From: a virus
Length of the DNA stretch: 64,000 bases
Reading direction: 5' to 3' (one strand)
IMG/VR virus record: IMGVR_UViG_3300027833_000025
Span: 1-64,000 of that record
Part shown: positions 37,406 through 47,031 of the stretch, piece by piece
Position numbering within the stretch: position 1 is the stretch's first letter
Layout of the letters: the number at the start of each line of letters is the position of its first letter
Notes under the pieces: model-generated
Databases searched by the model: none
Seen by the model: only the letters and a program-made list of their open reading frames with translations
What the model was told of the DNA's origin: nothing
Made by a program: the position numbers and the translations under genes

Positions 37406-37978
37406 ATGAACGAAAAGATTATATTGACTGATTGTGACGGAGTGTGTCTAGATTGGGAAGCAGGATTTAATGATTGGATGTCAACGAAAGGTTATGTAGT
37501 TGTTGTGTCTGGAGTATATGATATTTCTGTCATGTATGGTATTGAGAAAGCAAAAGGAAAGAGTTTAATACGTGAGTTTAACAACAGTGCTTGGATGAGT
37601 TCATTGCCAGCGTTGCGTGATTCTCGTTCTGGTATGGCTAAGTTGGTTGAAGCAGGATATAAGTTTCTAGCGATCACTAGTCTAAGTTTAGATGTAAAAG
37701 CAAAGGCGTTACGTGTTAGTAACTTGAAAGAGTTATATGGTGATGTGTTTGTTGATGTAATCTGTCTTGATACTGGTGCTGACAAAGATGATGCATTAGA
37801 GTATTATCGTGGTAGTGGTATGTATTGGCTTGAAGATAAATGGGAAAATGCTGTGTTGGGTGCAGATTTGGGATTGAAATCAATTTTAGTTGATCATCCT
37901 CATAATGCAGAATACAGTGATGAACGGATAGTACGAGCAAGTACTTGGGCAGATATAGTCGAGAAAATTCTCGGCTAA
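37406..37978 (+). CDS. HAD-family phosphatase (5'(3')-nucleotidase-like)
   Basis: DCDGV, ITS, K, WLEDK.EN. Confidence 0.8.
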   Translation: MNEKIILTDCDGVCLDWEAGFNDWMSTKGYVVVVSGVYDISVMYGIEKAKGKSLIREFNNSAWMSSLPALRDSRSGMAKLVEAGYKFLAITSLSLDVKAKALRVSNLKELYGDVFVDVICLDTGADKDDALEYYRGSGMYWLEDKWENAVLGADLGLKSILVDHPHNAEYSDERIVRASTWADIVEKILG

Positions 37979-38719
37979 TTAGTCTTCATCACCATATATG
38001 TTTAATATGGCTTCTACTACGATATGTCTTTCAATGTCTTGTTTTTCAAATTCAATGACTCCGATCATATCACTTTTTTGTTCTTTTAGTCGTACTAAAA
38101 AGTCTTTTAGACCATTCGCTTCAAATCCCCTATCGTGTTGAGCGAGATCGCCTGTTACGAATATGCGACTATTAGTTCCGATACGGGTTAGTAGCATTTT
38201 CATTTGACTTGGTGTGGCGTTTTGCATTTCATCACCTATTATCCATGCATTTTTAAATGTACGTCCTCTCATGTATGCGAGTGGTGCGACTTCTATAACA
38301 CCATCTTCAACCATATTTTCGATTTCTTGTGGTGTCCAATATTCTTCAAATACGTCAAATATTGGTCGAGTCCATGGCGCCATTTTTTCTACTAGGCTGC
38401 CTGGAAGAAATCCGTGTTGTTCGTCCACACTTACTGCTGGTCGTGTTATGACTATTTTTTCACAGATACCTTCTTTGAATGCTCGTATAGCGGCTAAAAC
38501 CGCTAACATTGTTTTTCCTGTGCCCGCTGGTCCCATTGCGAATACTATGTGTCGATTGTTATCATCTAGTAATTCTATGTAGTCTTCTTGTCTGCGGTTT
38601 TTTGGAATCATGGTAACGAATCGCTCTCGGCGCTTCATCCCATTAAGTTGGATAACGTCCTTTTTTACATCATGATCTTGACGTTGTTGGTTTTTTGTTT
38701 TTCTTGCTCGTCTGGCCAT
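37979..38719 (-). CDS. phoH: PhoH-like ATPase
   Basis: GPAGTGKT, RPAV, GFLPG, YMRGRT, DEMQN, GDLAQ. Confidence 0.95.
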   Translation of the reverse strand: MARRARKTKNQQRQDHDVKKDVIQLNGMKRRERFVTMIPKNRRQEDYIELLDDNNRHIVFAMGPAGTGKTMLAVLAAIRAFKEGICEKIVITRPAVSVDEQHGFLPGSLVEKMAPWTRPIFDVFEEYWTPQEIENMVEDGVIEVAPLAYMRGRTFKNAWIIGDEMQNATPSQMKMLLTRIGTNSRIFVTGDLAQHDRGFEANGLKDFLVRLKEQKSDMIGVIEFEKQDIERHIVVEAILNIYGDED

Positions 38720-38772
38720 TAAAAACTCCTTTTAAGTTTTATGAGTGTGCCTCGTACTTGCTCGTACAATAT

Positions 38773-38852
38773 TATTTAGCATTAATACAATAACTCGTTA
38801 ACATATACTATTAACTATTACAGTAAGTCAATTAATAAAGAAAGGCTAAATA
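38773..38852. promoter_or_regulatory. Divergent late-type promoters
   Basis: GCTAAATA on minus (38773-38780) and plus (38845-38852). Confidence 0.6.
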
Positions 38853-38880
38853 CTGTTATATTAATAGTTAGGAGAATACT

Positions 38881-39402
38881 ATGGAACAAACAGACATCAT
38901 TGCCCAATTAGGTAAGAACATAAAGAGAAATTCGGCATTGGAAACATTGATGCAAATTGATGGTGTATTAGAATCATTAAACGTATATGCATACAAGAAC
39001 TGGATTGAAGGTGAGATTGTAGATGGTCCACAAATTGAGCGTTATTGGGTAACAGTGACTTTGTTATATCCACATAAGATGATGCCAGATCCAGATGGTG
39101 CAGATAGATTGCTTAAAAATGGCTGCAAAGTATTCTATGCAAAAGACACACTTACCACCGCAGCAAAGTTAATTGAGCCAGAAGATTCTGAGATTGATCC
39201 AGAACGTCCAAACAAGCGTAGAGCAAAGAAGATACTACGACCAGTATGGTTGGTTACACTTGAAGTCCCACGTGGTTTAATAGACACCATTGAATCAAGT
39301 CGTGTGAAAGTAGATGATATGCAGTTTGACAGTGCAGCAGTTGAACAAGCATACGATGATAATCTAGGAGCAAGTGATGAAATCATATCAGACGACACTT
39401 AA
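38881..39402 (+). CDS. Hypothetical late protein
   Basis: 173 aa, AGGAG RBS. Confidence 0.75.
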   Translation: MEQTDIIAQLGKNIKRNSALETLMQIDGVLESLNVYAYKNWIEGEIVDGPQIERYWVTVTLLYPHKMMPDPDGADRLLKNGCKVFYAKDTLTTAAKLIEPEDSEIDPERPNKRRAKKILRPVWLVTLEVPRGLIDTIESSRVKVDDMQFDSAAVEQAYDDNLGASDEIISDDT

Positions 39403-39874
39403 TGAAGCAGTGCAACACAATGATCTACGTGGTCTTGTGAGCAATGTAGTTAGTATTGATCAATACAAAAGTAAGATTGGATATGATAAGAACATCGTTG
39501 TAGTCGCAATTGAAGTAAATCACATCGAAGCAGCGTCAGACCTTAGTCAATTCATCGAAACTGGACACAAAGATGCACTAGATGTTGATGTATCAGTAGG
39601 ACCCACTCCAGAAGGAAAATATACAGTGTTTATTGAATACACACGTAGTAATTTTTTATTTAGGTTAATTGATGTTATGTTACAAGATATTTTAAATATT
39701 GACAATGAAGTAGAATCTTGGAAATTTGTAGCATACAAGGACACTATTCCAAAAGATTGGACTTCGGAAGAGTTTGAACAATCAGTACACACATCCAGTT
39801 ATGAATATGTTATTGCACATGACCCAGATGCTAAAGTGATATCAGAAAGAATTAAGTTTTTGAATAGTTACTAA
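39374..39874 (+). CDS. Hypothetical protein with T4 CTS-like leader
   Basis: [11 protein letters not shown] resembles T4 internal-protein leader MKTYQEFIAE. Confidence 0.7.
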   Translation: MMKSYQTTLNEAVQHNDLRGLVSNVVSIDQYKSKIGYDKNIVVVAIEVNHIEAASDLSQFIETGHKDALDVDVSVGPTPEGKYTVFIEYTRSNFLFRLIDVMLQDILNIDNEVESWKFVAYKDTIPKDWTSEEFEQSVHTSSYEYVIAHDPDAKVISERIKFLNSY

Positions 39875-40095
39875 TGTCTAAAGAAGATACAATAAAAACA
39901 ACTGGAATTATAACAGAGTGTCTACCAAACGCTAAATTCAGAGTTAAGTTAGACATGAATGAACATGTTCTATTAGCGCACTTGAGTGGAAAGATGCGAA
40001 AAATGAATATTAATGTACTTCTTGCAGATCAGGTTGAGGTAGAAATATCACCTTATGATTTGACAAAATGCAGAATCATATATAGGAACAAATAA
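39874..40095 (+). CDS. infA: Translation initiation factor IF-1
   Basis: MSKED.I...G...[11 protein letters not shown]...LAHLSGKMR...SPYDLTK.RI.YR. Confidence 0.95.
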   Translation: MSKEDTIKTTGIITECLPNAKFRVKLDMNEHVLLAHLSGKMRKMNINVLLADQVEVEISPYDLTKCRIIYRNK

Positions 40096-40565
40096 TGTTT
40101 TCACGTATTAAACTATATCTAATAGCAGCAGTGATCTTTGGAGCAGTTGGTTATGGTGCTTGGCAATATTACAAATACACCCAAAACCAAATTCAAATAT
40201 TCGCAGTCAACGCAGCACAAGCAGAACAAGCACAACAAGCAACAGATGTCGCATTAAAATTAGTACAAGCAGATTTAGTAAGAGTGCAAGATGAGTATTT
40301 GCGTGTATCTAATAAATTTGAAGCAGCAAATTCACGAGTTAAAGATTTACAGTCTAAGTTAAGTAGACATGAACTAGGTGCATTAGCAGAATCAAAGCCT
40401 GTATTAGTTGAAAAAATAGTTGACAAAGGTACTAAAGATGTGTTAAGATGTTTTGAGATAGTAAGTGGTTCACCACTAACAGAGGAAGAATTAAATGCAG
40501 TTAAAAAGAGTCAAACGAATAGCAGTTGTTATGACATTGCTAATCCCAACTATATTCCTAAGTAG
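40095..40565 (+). CDS. Inner-membrane spanin (Rz-like)
   Basis: N-terminal TM, coiled coil, C-terminal Cys; overlapped by a lipoprotein gene. Confidence 0.6.
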   Translation: MFSRIKLYLIAAVIFGAVGYGAWQYYKYTQNQIQIFAVNAAQAEQAQQATDVALKLVQADLVRVQDEYLRVSNKFEAANSRVKDLQSKLSRHELGALAESKPVLVEKIVDKGTKDVLRCFEIVSGSPLTEEELNAVKKSQTNSSCYDIANPNYIPK

Positions 40566-40962
40566 TTGTTCATCTGTACCAAAAGTAGTTACATATAAAT
40601 CAGCGCCCATAGATAAGCCTGATTTAATATTGCCAGATACTTCTGTATTAGCATTGCGTGACGTAGATTTTATTATAGTCACAATAGATAATATGGATGA
40701 AGTAATGAAAGAGTTACAAAAAGTAAATAGTAATATTGCATTATTTGCATTAACTGATATTGGATATGAAAATCTAAGTCTGAATAATTCTGAAATATTA
40801 AAATTGTTATCACAGCAGCAATCTATTATAGCAGCATACAAATCATACTATGAAGGTGTTCAAATCAATATTGATAATCACAATGATAATCGTGATGTAA
40901 CTATTCCCGTCCCTGTAGAGCCAGGAATTACTGATAAAGTACTAAAGATATTTAAAGACTAG
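40495..40962 (+). CDS. Outer-membrane lipoprotein spanin (Rz1-like); start may be 40531
   Basis: Lipobox FLSSC, Pro-rich segment after the Cys. Confidence 0.6.
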   Translation: MQLKRVKRIAVVMTLLIPTIFLSSCSSVPKVVTYKSAPIDKPDLILPDTSVLALRDVDFIIVTIDNMDEVMKELQKVNSNIALFALTDIGYENLSLNNSEILKLLSQQQSIIAAYKSYYEGVQINIDNHNDNRDVTIPVPVEPGITDKVLKIFKD

Positions 40963-41122
40963 CAAAAAATCAGTTCATATATAGTGTCATATAATTCATA
41001 TAAAAAAATAAGTAAATACAACTACACGAGAAGTGTGATTGTTCGTTGTCGAGCAATGAAATATATGGTAACGATGTTGAGGCAGTTTATAGGAACAAAC
41101 TAATTCAGCAGTATGAAATAAT

Positions 41123-41815
41123 ATGAAACAAACAAATAGTAACCCTTGGGACATTTTAAATATAGCGACATCTTCATCCCAAGAAGAAATAAAGCAAGCA
41201 TTTAAAAAACTTGCAATGAAGCATCACCCAGATAGAGGCGGCAAATCAGTCGAATTTAATCGTGTTGTTCAAGCATACGAACAACTACGAAAGAGTACTA
41301 TCGTGCCTATTATTGTAACTTCACATACACATTTAGTAAATGTAAAATTAACAATCAAGCAGCAGATAGAAGGTGTAGATGATTACATTGAGACAGATAC
41401 TGGTGAGATATTGAAAGTAGCAATACCAGCAGGATCTAGGTTAGATGATAAGTATAAAGTAAACACTCCTATTGACAAATATATTGTTAATATCAAAGAA
41501 TTATCACATAAAGTATTGACAAGACAGGGATTATCGCTTATAATGAATATCACAATTGATATCGTAGATGCGATGCAAGGAAGTGTAATCCCAATTATAG
41601 GTCCATGTGACGAGCATTTAGAAATAGAAATCCCAGCGGGAGCGCAAGATGGGTTAGTCATTCTAGTACCTAACAAGGGCTTGATGAATAAACTAACAAA
41701 GAAGCGTGCAGGATTGCACATTATTGTGAATACTGAAATCCCAAAATTAGATACTGATACTAGTATCGATCAATTTATATTAAGGTTAAGAGAATGTCAG
41801 AAATTGAAAACATAG
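41123..41815 (+). CDS. DnaJ/CbpA-like co-chaperone
   Basis: J domain with HHPD; DnaJ C-terminal IPAG repeats; no Zn finger. Confidence 0.88.
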   Translation: MKQTNSNPWDILNIATSSSQEEIKQAFKKLAMKHHPDRGGKSVEFNRVVQAYEQLRKSTIVPIIVTSHTHLVNVKLTIKQQIEGVDDYIETDTGEILKVAIPAGSRLDDKYKVNTPIDKYIVNIKELSHKVLTRQGLSLIMNITIDIVDAMQGSVIPIIGPCDEHLEIEIPAGAQDGLVILVPNKGLMNKLTKKRAGLHIIVNTEIPKLDTDTSIDQFILRLRECQKLKT

Positions 41816-44070
41816 TAGTTCGCGCTATTGATCTAGCAAAAAGTCATAATCATGAATACGTGACGCTAGAGCATTTATCGTTGGTAATTTTAGACGATAC
41901 CGCAGTACGTATTATGTGTTACGAAATTCAAGCAGATTGTGAAAGTATACAACTCGCGATTGAGGATTACCTAGCAGCAGAATGTGATGAATTAGTTATG
42001 TCATCTGATGAAGAAATTACTCCACGTAAGACACAAATGTTAGAGCGCGTATTCAATCGTGCAATGACACAGGCTGTATTTTACGGAAAGCAATCAATCA
42101 ACAATGTTGATTTGCTATTAAGTATTCTCTCAGAAGAGCAATCAGTAACAGCACATTTCGCATACGAATGTGGACTAGATAAGCATTCACTATCAGCGTG
42201 GTTGCATGATGTGAATTCAGTAATAAGTGAAGACTTTCGTGATGAAACAACAGGAACCAAACAGAAGCAAATACCTCGTAGTAATACAGCACCTTCGGCA
42301 TTAGCACAATTCACTGTCAATATGAATGAAGAGTCAAGTAATTATGATGATGTAATTGGTCGCCGTGATGAATTACGTGATCTAGTACAGACACTTGCAC
42401 GTAAGAAGAAATCTAATGCAGTGTTAGTAGGAGGTAGTGGTGTTGGTAAAACTGCTATTGTGGAAGGATTGGCAAAACTCATCGTAGAAGATGAAGTACC
42501 AGATGTTATCAAAGGTAAAACTGTATTAATGCTTGACATGGCAAAATTAGTCGCTGGTACTAAGTATCGTGGTGATTTCGAAGAGCGTATGAAGGCACTA
42601 GTTGAAGAATTAGAAAAGCGTGACGATATCATATTGTTCATTGATGAAATTCATATGGTAATTGGAGCAGGCTCAACTAGTGGTGGTTCTGGCGGTATGG
42701 ATGCAGGAAACTTACTCAAACCCTCATTGTCAAGTGGTAAATTAAAAGTAATTGGTGCAACAACTGATCAAGAATATCGTAAATTATTTGAAAAAGAAGC
42801 AGCGTTAGCAAGAAGATTCACTAAGATTAATATCGAAGAGCCTACTTCCGAAGAAGCAAAGAAGATTATTCGTAATGCTGCTATGTCATATGAGATACAT
42901 TATGGATTTGAAATTGAACCATCTGCATGTGACTTAGCAGTTGATTTAAGTGCAGAGTATGTATTTAATAAGAAATTGCCAGATAAGGCATTCGATGTAA
43001 TTGATCGTGCATGTGCATTTAATAAGATTCAGCCTATCAATGAGCAAGTCACATTGATTACTGACGAAGCGATTCGTGCAGAATTATCTCGCTACACTGG
43101 TATACCAGCAGAGCATTTAGGAACTAAAGCAGAAGAACAAACAAACAACAAGCATATTCAAGTAGAGAATTTCTTGCGTAATAATGTATTTGGACAAGAC
43201 GAAGCGATCAATCGTGTAATCAATTCAATTACCATTAGTTTAGCAGGATTAAAAGAACCAAATAAGCCTATCGCAAGTTATTTATTCACTGGTCCAACTG
43301 GTGTTGGCAAAACGGAAACAGCAAAGCGACTATCAGAGTCTATGGATATGAAACTCGTGCGATTTGATATGAGTGAGTATCAAGAAGCACATTCTGTATC
43401 GAAGTTGATTGGTTCACCTCCTGGTTATGTAGGTCATGGTGACGGAAAAGCAGGAGATGGTTTATTGATCACTGCATTGGAAGATTCACCAAATTGTGTG
43501 TTATTGTTAGACGAAGTAGAAAAAGCACATCCAGATATTATGTCAGTATTATTGGCATTATTAGACGATGGTGTGATCACATCAAGTACAGGAAAAAAAG
43601 TATCAGGTAAGAATTCAATTATCATTATGACATCTAACTTAGGTGCGCGTGAAGGTTCAAAGAAAGCGATTGGATTTGGTGATCAAGCATATAACGCAGT
43701 AGCCGTTAATGAAGCAATTAACAAATTCTTTGCACCAGAATTCCGAAATCGATTAGATGGTATTGTACAATTTAATGCATTAAAATTAAAATATATGCGC
43801 AGTATCGTTCTAAAGTTCTTAGGACAATTAGAAGGTTATATCGCATCACGTGGTGTTGAGATTGAATGGGACGAGAGTATATTAGTTTTCCTTGAAACAG
43901 AAGGTTATGATCCAGCAATGGGCGCACGTCCTCTTTCACGACTAATCAACGAGCGTATTAAATTACCATTAGCAAAGCATATTATGAATGATACAATCAC
44001 TGAAAAACTGATTATCAGTTATACAGATGGTGAAGTATTAATAACAACGAAAGAACTGGAGGCAGTGTGA
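41794..44070 (+). CDS. clpA: ATP-dependent Clp protease ATPase ClpA
   Basis: Clp-N domain, two AAA modules (GVGKT twice), IGF loop, GARPL, no ClpB middle domain. Confidence 0.92.
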   Translation: MSEIENIVVRAIDLAKSHNHEYVTLEHLSLVILDDTAVRIMCYEIQADCESIQLAIEDYLAAECDELVMSSDEEITPRKTQMLERVFNRAMTQAVFYGKQSINNVDLLLSILSEEQSVTAHFAYECGLDKHSLSAWLHDVNSVISEDFRDETTGTKQKQIPRSNTAPSALAQFTVNMNEESSNYDDVIGRRDELRDLVQTLARKKKSNAVLVGGSGVGKTAIVEGLAKLIVEDEVPDVIKGKTVLMLDMAKLVAGTKYRGDFEERMKALVEELEKRDDIILFIDEIHMVIGAGSTSGGSGGMDAGNLLKPSLSSGKLKVIGATTDQEYRKLFEKEAALARRFTKINIEEPTSEEAKKIIRNAAMSYEIHYGFEIEPSACDLAVDLSAEYVFNKKLPDKAFDVIDRACAFNKIQPINEQVTLITDEAIRAELSRYTGIPAEHLGTKAEEQTNNKHIQVENFLRNNVFGQDEAINRVINSITISLAGLKEPNKPIASYLFTGPTGVGKTETAKRLSESMDMKLVRFDMSEYQEAHSVSKLIGSPPGYVGHGDGKAGDGLLITALEDSPNCVLLLDEVEKAHPDIMSVLLALLDDGVITSSTGKKVSGKNSIIIMTSNLGAREGSKKAIGFGDQAYNAVAVNEAINKFFAPEFRNRLDGIVQFNALKLKYMRSIVLKFLGQLEGYIASRGVEIEWDESILVFLETEGYDPAMGARPLSRLINERIKLPLAKHIMNDTITEKLIISYTDGEVLITTKELEAV

Positions 44071-45488
44071 GTGAATATGAAAATAATTCAGCAATTGTAG
44101 TTGAATATAAATCAAAGTATTACAAAGTATTAGACAAAACAACGAAAGGACAGTTACAAGCAGCATGGGATATGAATGATTCAAGTAAAGATGATGATAT
44201 GATTGAAGTAACATATCCATCTGGTATGTCTGTTCATGCAGTACTCATTGTAAAAACAACAGCATCTACCGATACCGATTACCGCAATCTTGGTGGTAAA
44301 TGCTTTTCCAAATATAATAAAAAGTGCAATCATGTTTATTTTGAGTTTAATGATAAGACATCAGCGTTTATCATTGAAGGTGCACGACTTGCTGCATACT
44401 CATTCAGTAAGTACAAGACAGATACAGAAAGTACTACGTTTACATATATTCATGGTACAGATTCAGTCAAAACCATTGAAGAAAGTGTGTTCTTGGCACG
44501 TGACCTAGTTACTGAGCCGGGTAACGAATTGTATCCAGAAGAGTACGCAGATCGTATCAACCAAATGTTAACACCTTTGGGTGTAACAGTAAAGATTATG
44601 CATGAGAAATTTCTACGTAAACTAGGATTTGATTTGCTATTGAGTGTTGGTGAAGGTTCTGATCGTGACAGTTATGTTGTTGTGATGGAACACATGAATG
44701 CTGATACAGACGCAGCACCACTTGCTCTAGTAGGAAAGGGTGTTACATTTGATTCTGGCGGCATCTCACTAAAGCCTGGAAAGGGTATGGGAGATATGAA
44801 GACTGACATGGGTGGTTCAGCAGCAGTAGTTGGTGCTATGCACGCAATTGCTTCTCAGAATGTAAAAGCCAATGTAGTAGGAATCGTAGGACTTGTAGAA
44901 AACATGCCGTCTGGTGGTGCAACTCGCCCAGGTGATGTTATCGGGTCATTAAATGGTCAAACAGTCGAGAACTTGAATACAGATGCAGAAGGTCGCTTGG
45001 TACTTGCAGATATTCTAACGTATGTACAAAATGAATACAAGCCAGCACAGATTATTGATTTAGCAACATTAACTGGTGCTATTTTGGTAACACTAGGTCA
45101 CGAAGCAGCAGGTTTGTTTAGTAATTCTACTGGGTTCGCTAGTCATATTTCATCAGTTGGTTCAGATGCAGGAGAGAATTATTTCCGTATGCCAATGGGT
45201 AAAGTATGGAATAAGATGATAGATTCCCCTATTGCTGATATGCAGAACATTGGCGGTCCGTATGGTGGTTCCACCACAGCAGCAGAGTTCTTGTATCGGT
45301 TCGTTGATAGTGATACTCCGTGGGCACATTTGGATATTGCAGGAATGGCATGGGCTGATAGTCCTAAAGATACCACACCTAAAGGTGCAGTAGGATTTGG
45401 TGTACGTACCCTGTACGATATCGCCTGTGGTTTAAATCACGATCCAGCAACAACTCACTGGGCTATCGATCTAGATATGCAATACTAA
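44067..45488 (+). CDS. pepA: Leucyl aminopeptidase (M17)
   Basis: GKGVTFDSGG, NTDAEGRL, DLATLTGA, WAHLDIAG. Confidence 0.93.
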   Translation: MSEYENNSAIVVEYKSKYYKVLDKTTKGQLQAAWDMNDSSKDDDMIEVTYPSGMSVHAVLIVKTTASTDTDYRNLGGKCFSKYNKKCNHVYFEFNDKTSAFIIEGARLAAYSFSKYKTDTESTTFTYIHGTDSVKTIEESVFLARDLVTEPGNELYPEEYADRINQMLTPLGVTVKIMHEKFLRKLGFDLLLSVGEGSDRDSYVVVMEHMNADTDAAPLALVGKGVTFDSGGISLKPGKGMGDMKTDMGGSAAVVGAMHAIASQNVKANVVGIVGLVENMPSGGATRPGDVIGSLNGQTVENLNTDAEGRLVLADILTYVQNEYKPAQIIDLATLTGAILVTLGHEAAGLFSNSTGFASHISSVGSDAGENYFRMPMGKVWNKMIDSPIADMQNIGGPYGGSTTAAEFLYRFVDSDTPWAHLDIAGMAWADSPKDTTPKGAVGFGVRTLYDIACGLNHDPATTHWAIDLDMQY

Positions 45489-45503
45489 TTTGATTGTTGT
45501 GTA

Positions 45504-45542
45504 CTCTCTTTATAATGATAAATAGTATTGTTATAAAGAGAG
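45504..45542 (+). promoter_or_regulatory. Late promoter embedded in an RBS-sequestering hairpin
   Basis: CTCTCTTTATAA / TTATAAAGAGAG arms around GATAAATA (45517-45524). Confidence 0.7.
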
Positions 45543-45551
45543 ATAAACCCA

Positions 45552-46409
45552 ATGGCATATAGAGGTATTCAAGCAACAAACTTAATAAGTGTAGACGCAG
45601 CATTTGATGATGCGTTGCTTATATTAAATAAATCAGGTACAACTCCAGTAGATGTGGGATTCTTAGGAAGAATTGGTCCGTCATCTTACTCTGGTCTTGT
45701 TAAAGATTCAGAAACAGATTCGTTCATTCTAATTAACTCAATTAATTTAAGTTCACAATCTATTAATGATATCAGTCCATTAGATACAAGTATAGTAAAA
45801 GGCAATATTACAGTAGCAACGATTACAGCAGATTCATTTGTTGGTAATATTAAAGGTAACATTTTAAATCCAACTACTGGTGCAATGGTAGTAAACGCCT
45901 CCGGAGGTATTTACACATTAACAGGTAATGTAGCAGGCAACTTATATGGCGATGTACTTTCACCTACCCAAAATACGCCAATTATTACTACTGGTCCAGT
46001 AAGAGACACATTAACAATCCATGATGCACATATTGAAAAAATAAAAGCACCTGCAAGTAGTGGCGGTGCAACAATACTTAACACTTCTGGAGCAACTACA
46101 CTATCAGGACATAACGTTCATCTAACAGGATCACTATATGGTGATATCGGTGATACACTAGCAAATGATCCAGTGCTTACAGTTGGTACTGGCAATAATG
46201 ATTCGCAAATAGCAGTAACAGTAGCATCAATAGATGAATTGCAAGTTAATGACTCGTTTGTGTTACCAAAAGGTACAGCAGCACAGCATCCAGCCAATCC
46301 AGTTGAAGGACAGATGTTTTTCAATACAGAAACGAAACTGTTTGAAGGTTATGACGGAACATCATGGATACAATTCCTACCAACTACATTCTCAATGGCA
46401 ACTCCTTAA
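45552..46409 (+). CDS. Fibre-like virion protein
   Basis: G.V.G.L.GD repeats; LPKGT..P.NP.EGQMFFNT...FEGYDG..W. Confidence 0.7.
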   Translation: MAYRGIQATNLISVDAAFDDALLILNKSGTTPVDVGFLGRIGPSSYSGLVKDSETDSFILINSINLSSQSINDISPLDTSIVKGNITVATITADSFVGNIKGNILNPTTGAMVVNASGGIYTLTGNVAGNLYGDVLSPTQNTPIITTGPVRDTLTIHDAHIEKIKAPASSGGATILNTSGATTLSGHNVHLTGSLYGDIGDTLANDPVLTVGTGNNDSQIAVTVASIDELQVNDSFVLPKGTAAQHPANPVEGQMFFNTETKLFEGYDGTSWIQFLPTTFSMATP

Positions 46410-46470
46410 TACATCATAGTTAACATAGTTCCTATAATGATAAATACTATTATATTAATAGGAGTATCTT

Positions 46471-46644
46471 ATGGCTAAGATAGCAGAAACGGTCATCGTG
46501 ATTAAGGCAAGCAAATTGCTAAAAGATGGTGACGAATCAATAGACGTATTAGATAGTGATTCACTCGCTCAACTTACAGCAGTAATTGAAGAATTGACTG
46601 GCACTGGCGTGTTGATTGAAATTGAAACATTAGACGGACAATAA
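46471..46644 (+). CDS. 57-aa late protein (not in ORF track)
   Basis: GATAAATA 46439-46446, AGGAG RBS; MAKIAETVIVIKASKLLKD... Confidence 0.7.
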   Translation: MAKIAETVIVIKASKLLKDGDESIDVLDSDSLAQLTAVIEELTGTGVLIEIETLDGQ

Positions 46645-46648
46645 TAAA

Positions 46649-47020
46649 ATGGCTAGTTCAACAGTAATTTTAACAAACAAAGCAGAAATGTCATACACAG
46701 GTGAAAAAGCCAGAGGTGATGGATTTTATGGATACAGCGACGGTCTACATACTGTTAGTTTTCATGTAAATAATTTCACTGGTCGTATTTGGTTAGAAGC
46801 AACATTACTTGAGTCACCAACAGAAGCAGATTGGTTTAATATTGCATTATCAAGCGGTACTGCATATTTACCATACGATGCACAATCAACAACATACGGA
46901 GCAACATTCACTGGTAATTTTGTATATGTTCGTGCAAGAATAGACAGATCGTACTTGGTTGATCAAACATATGATGCATCAACGCACGGCGTGGTAAACA
47001 AAATAGTACTAATGATTTAA
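46649..47020 (+). CDS. Virion protein, paralog of the 9393-10214 C-terminal domain
   Basis: GLHTV...FTG...DWF...FTGNFVYVRARID...G.V.KIV. Confidence 0.65.
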   Translation: MASSTVILTNKAEMSYTGEKARGDGFYGYSDGLHTVSFHVNNFTGRIWLEATLLESPTEADWFNIALSSGTAYLPYDAQSTTYGATFTGNFVYVRARIDRSYLVDQTYDASTHGVVNKIVLMI

Positions 47021-47031
47021 GGAACTAAACA

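Noticed and set aside
38751-38767. CTCGTAC direct repeat as a Pho box for phoH
   Set aside because: The period is 10 bp rather than 11, it matches CTGTCAT poorly, and it lies downstream of the predicted promoter.
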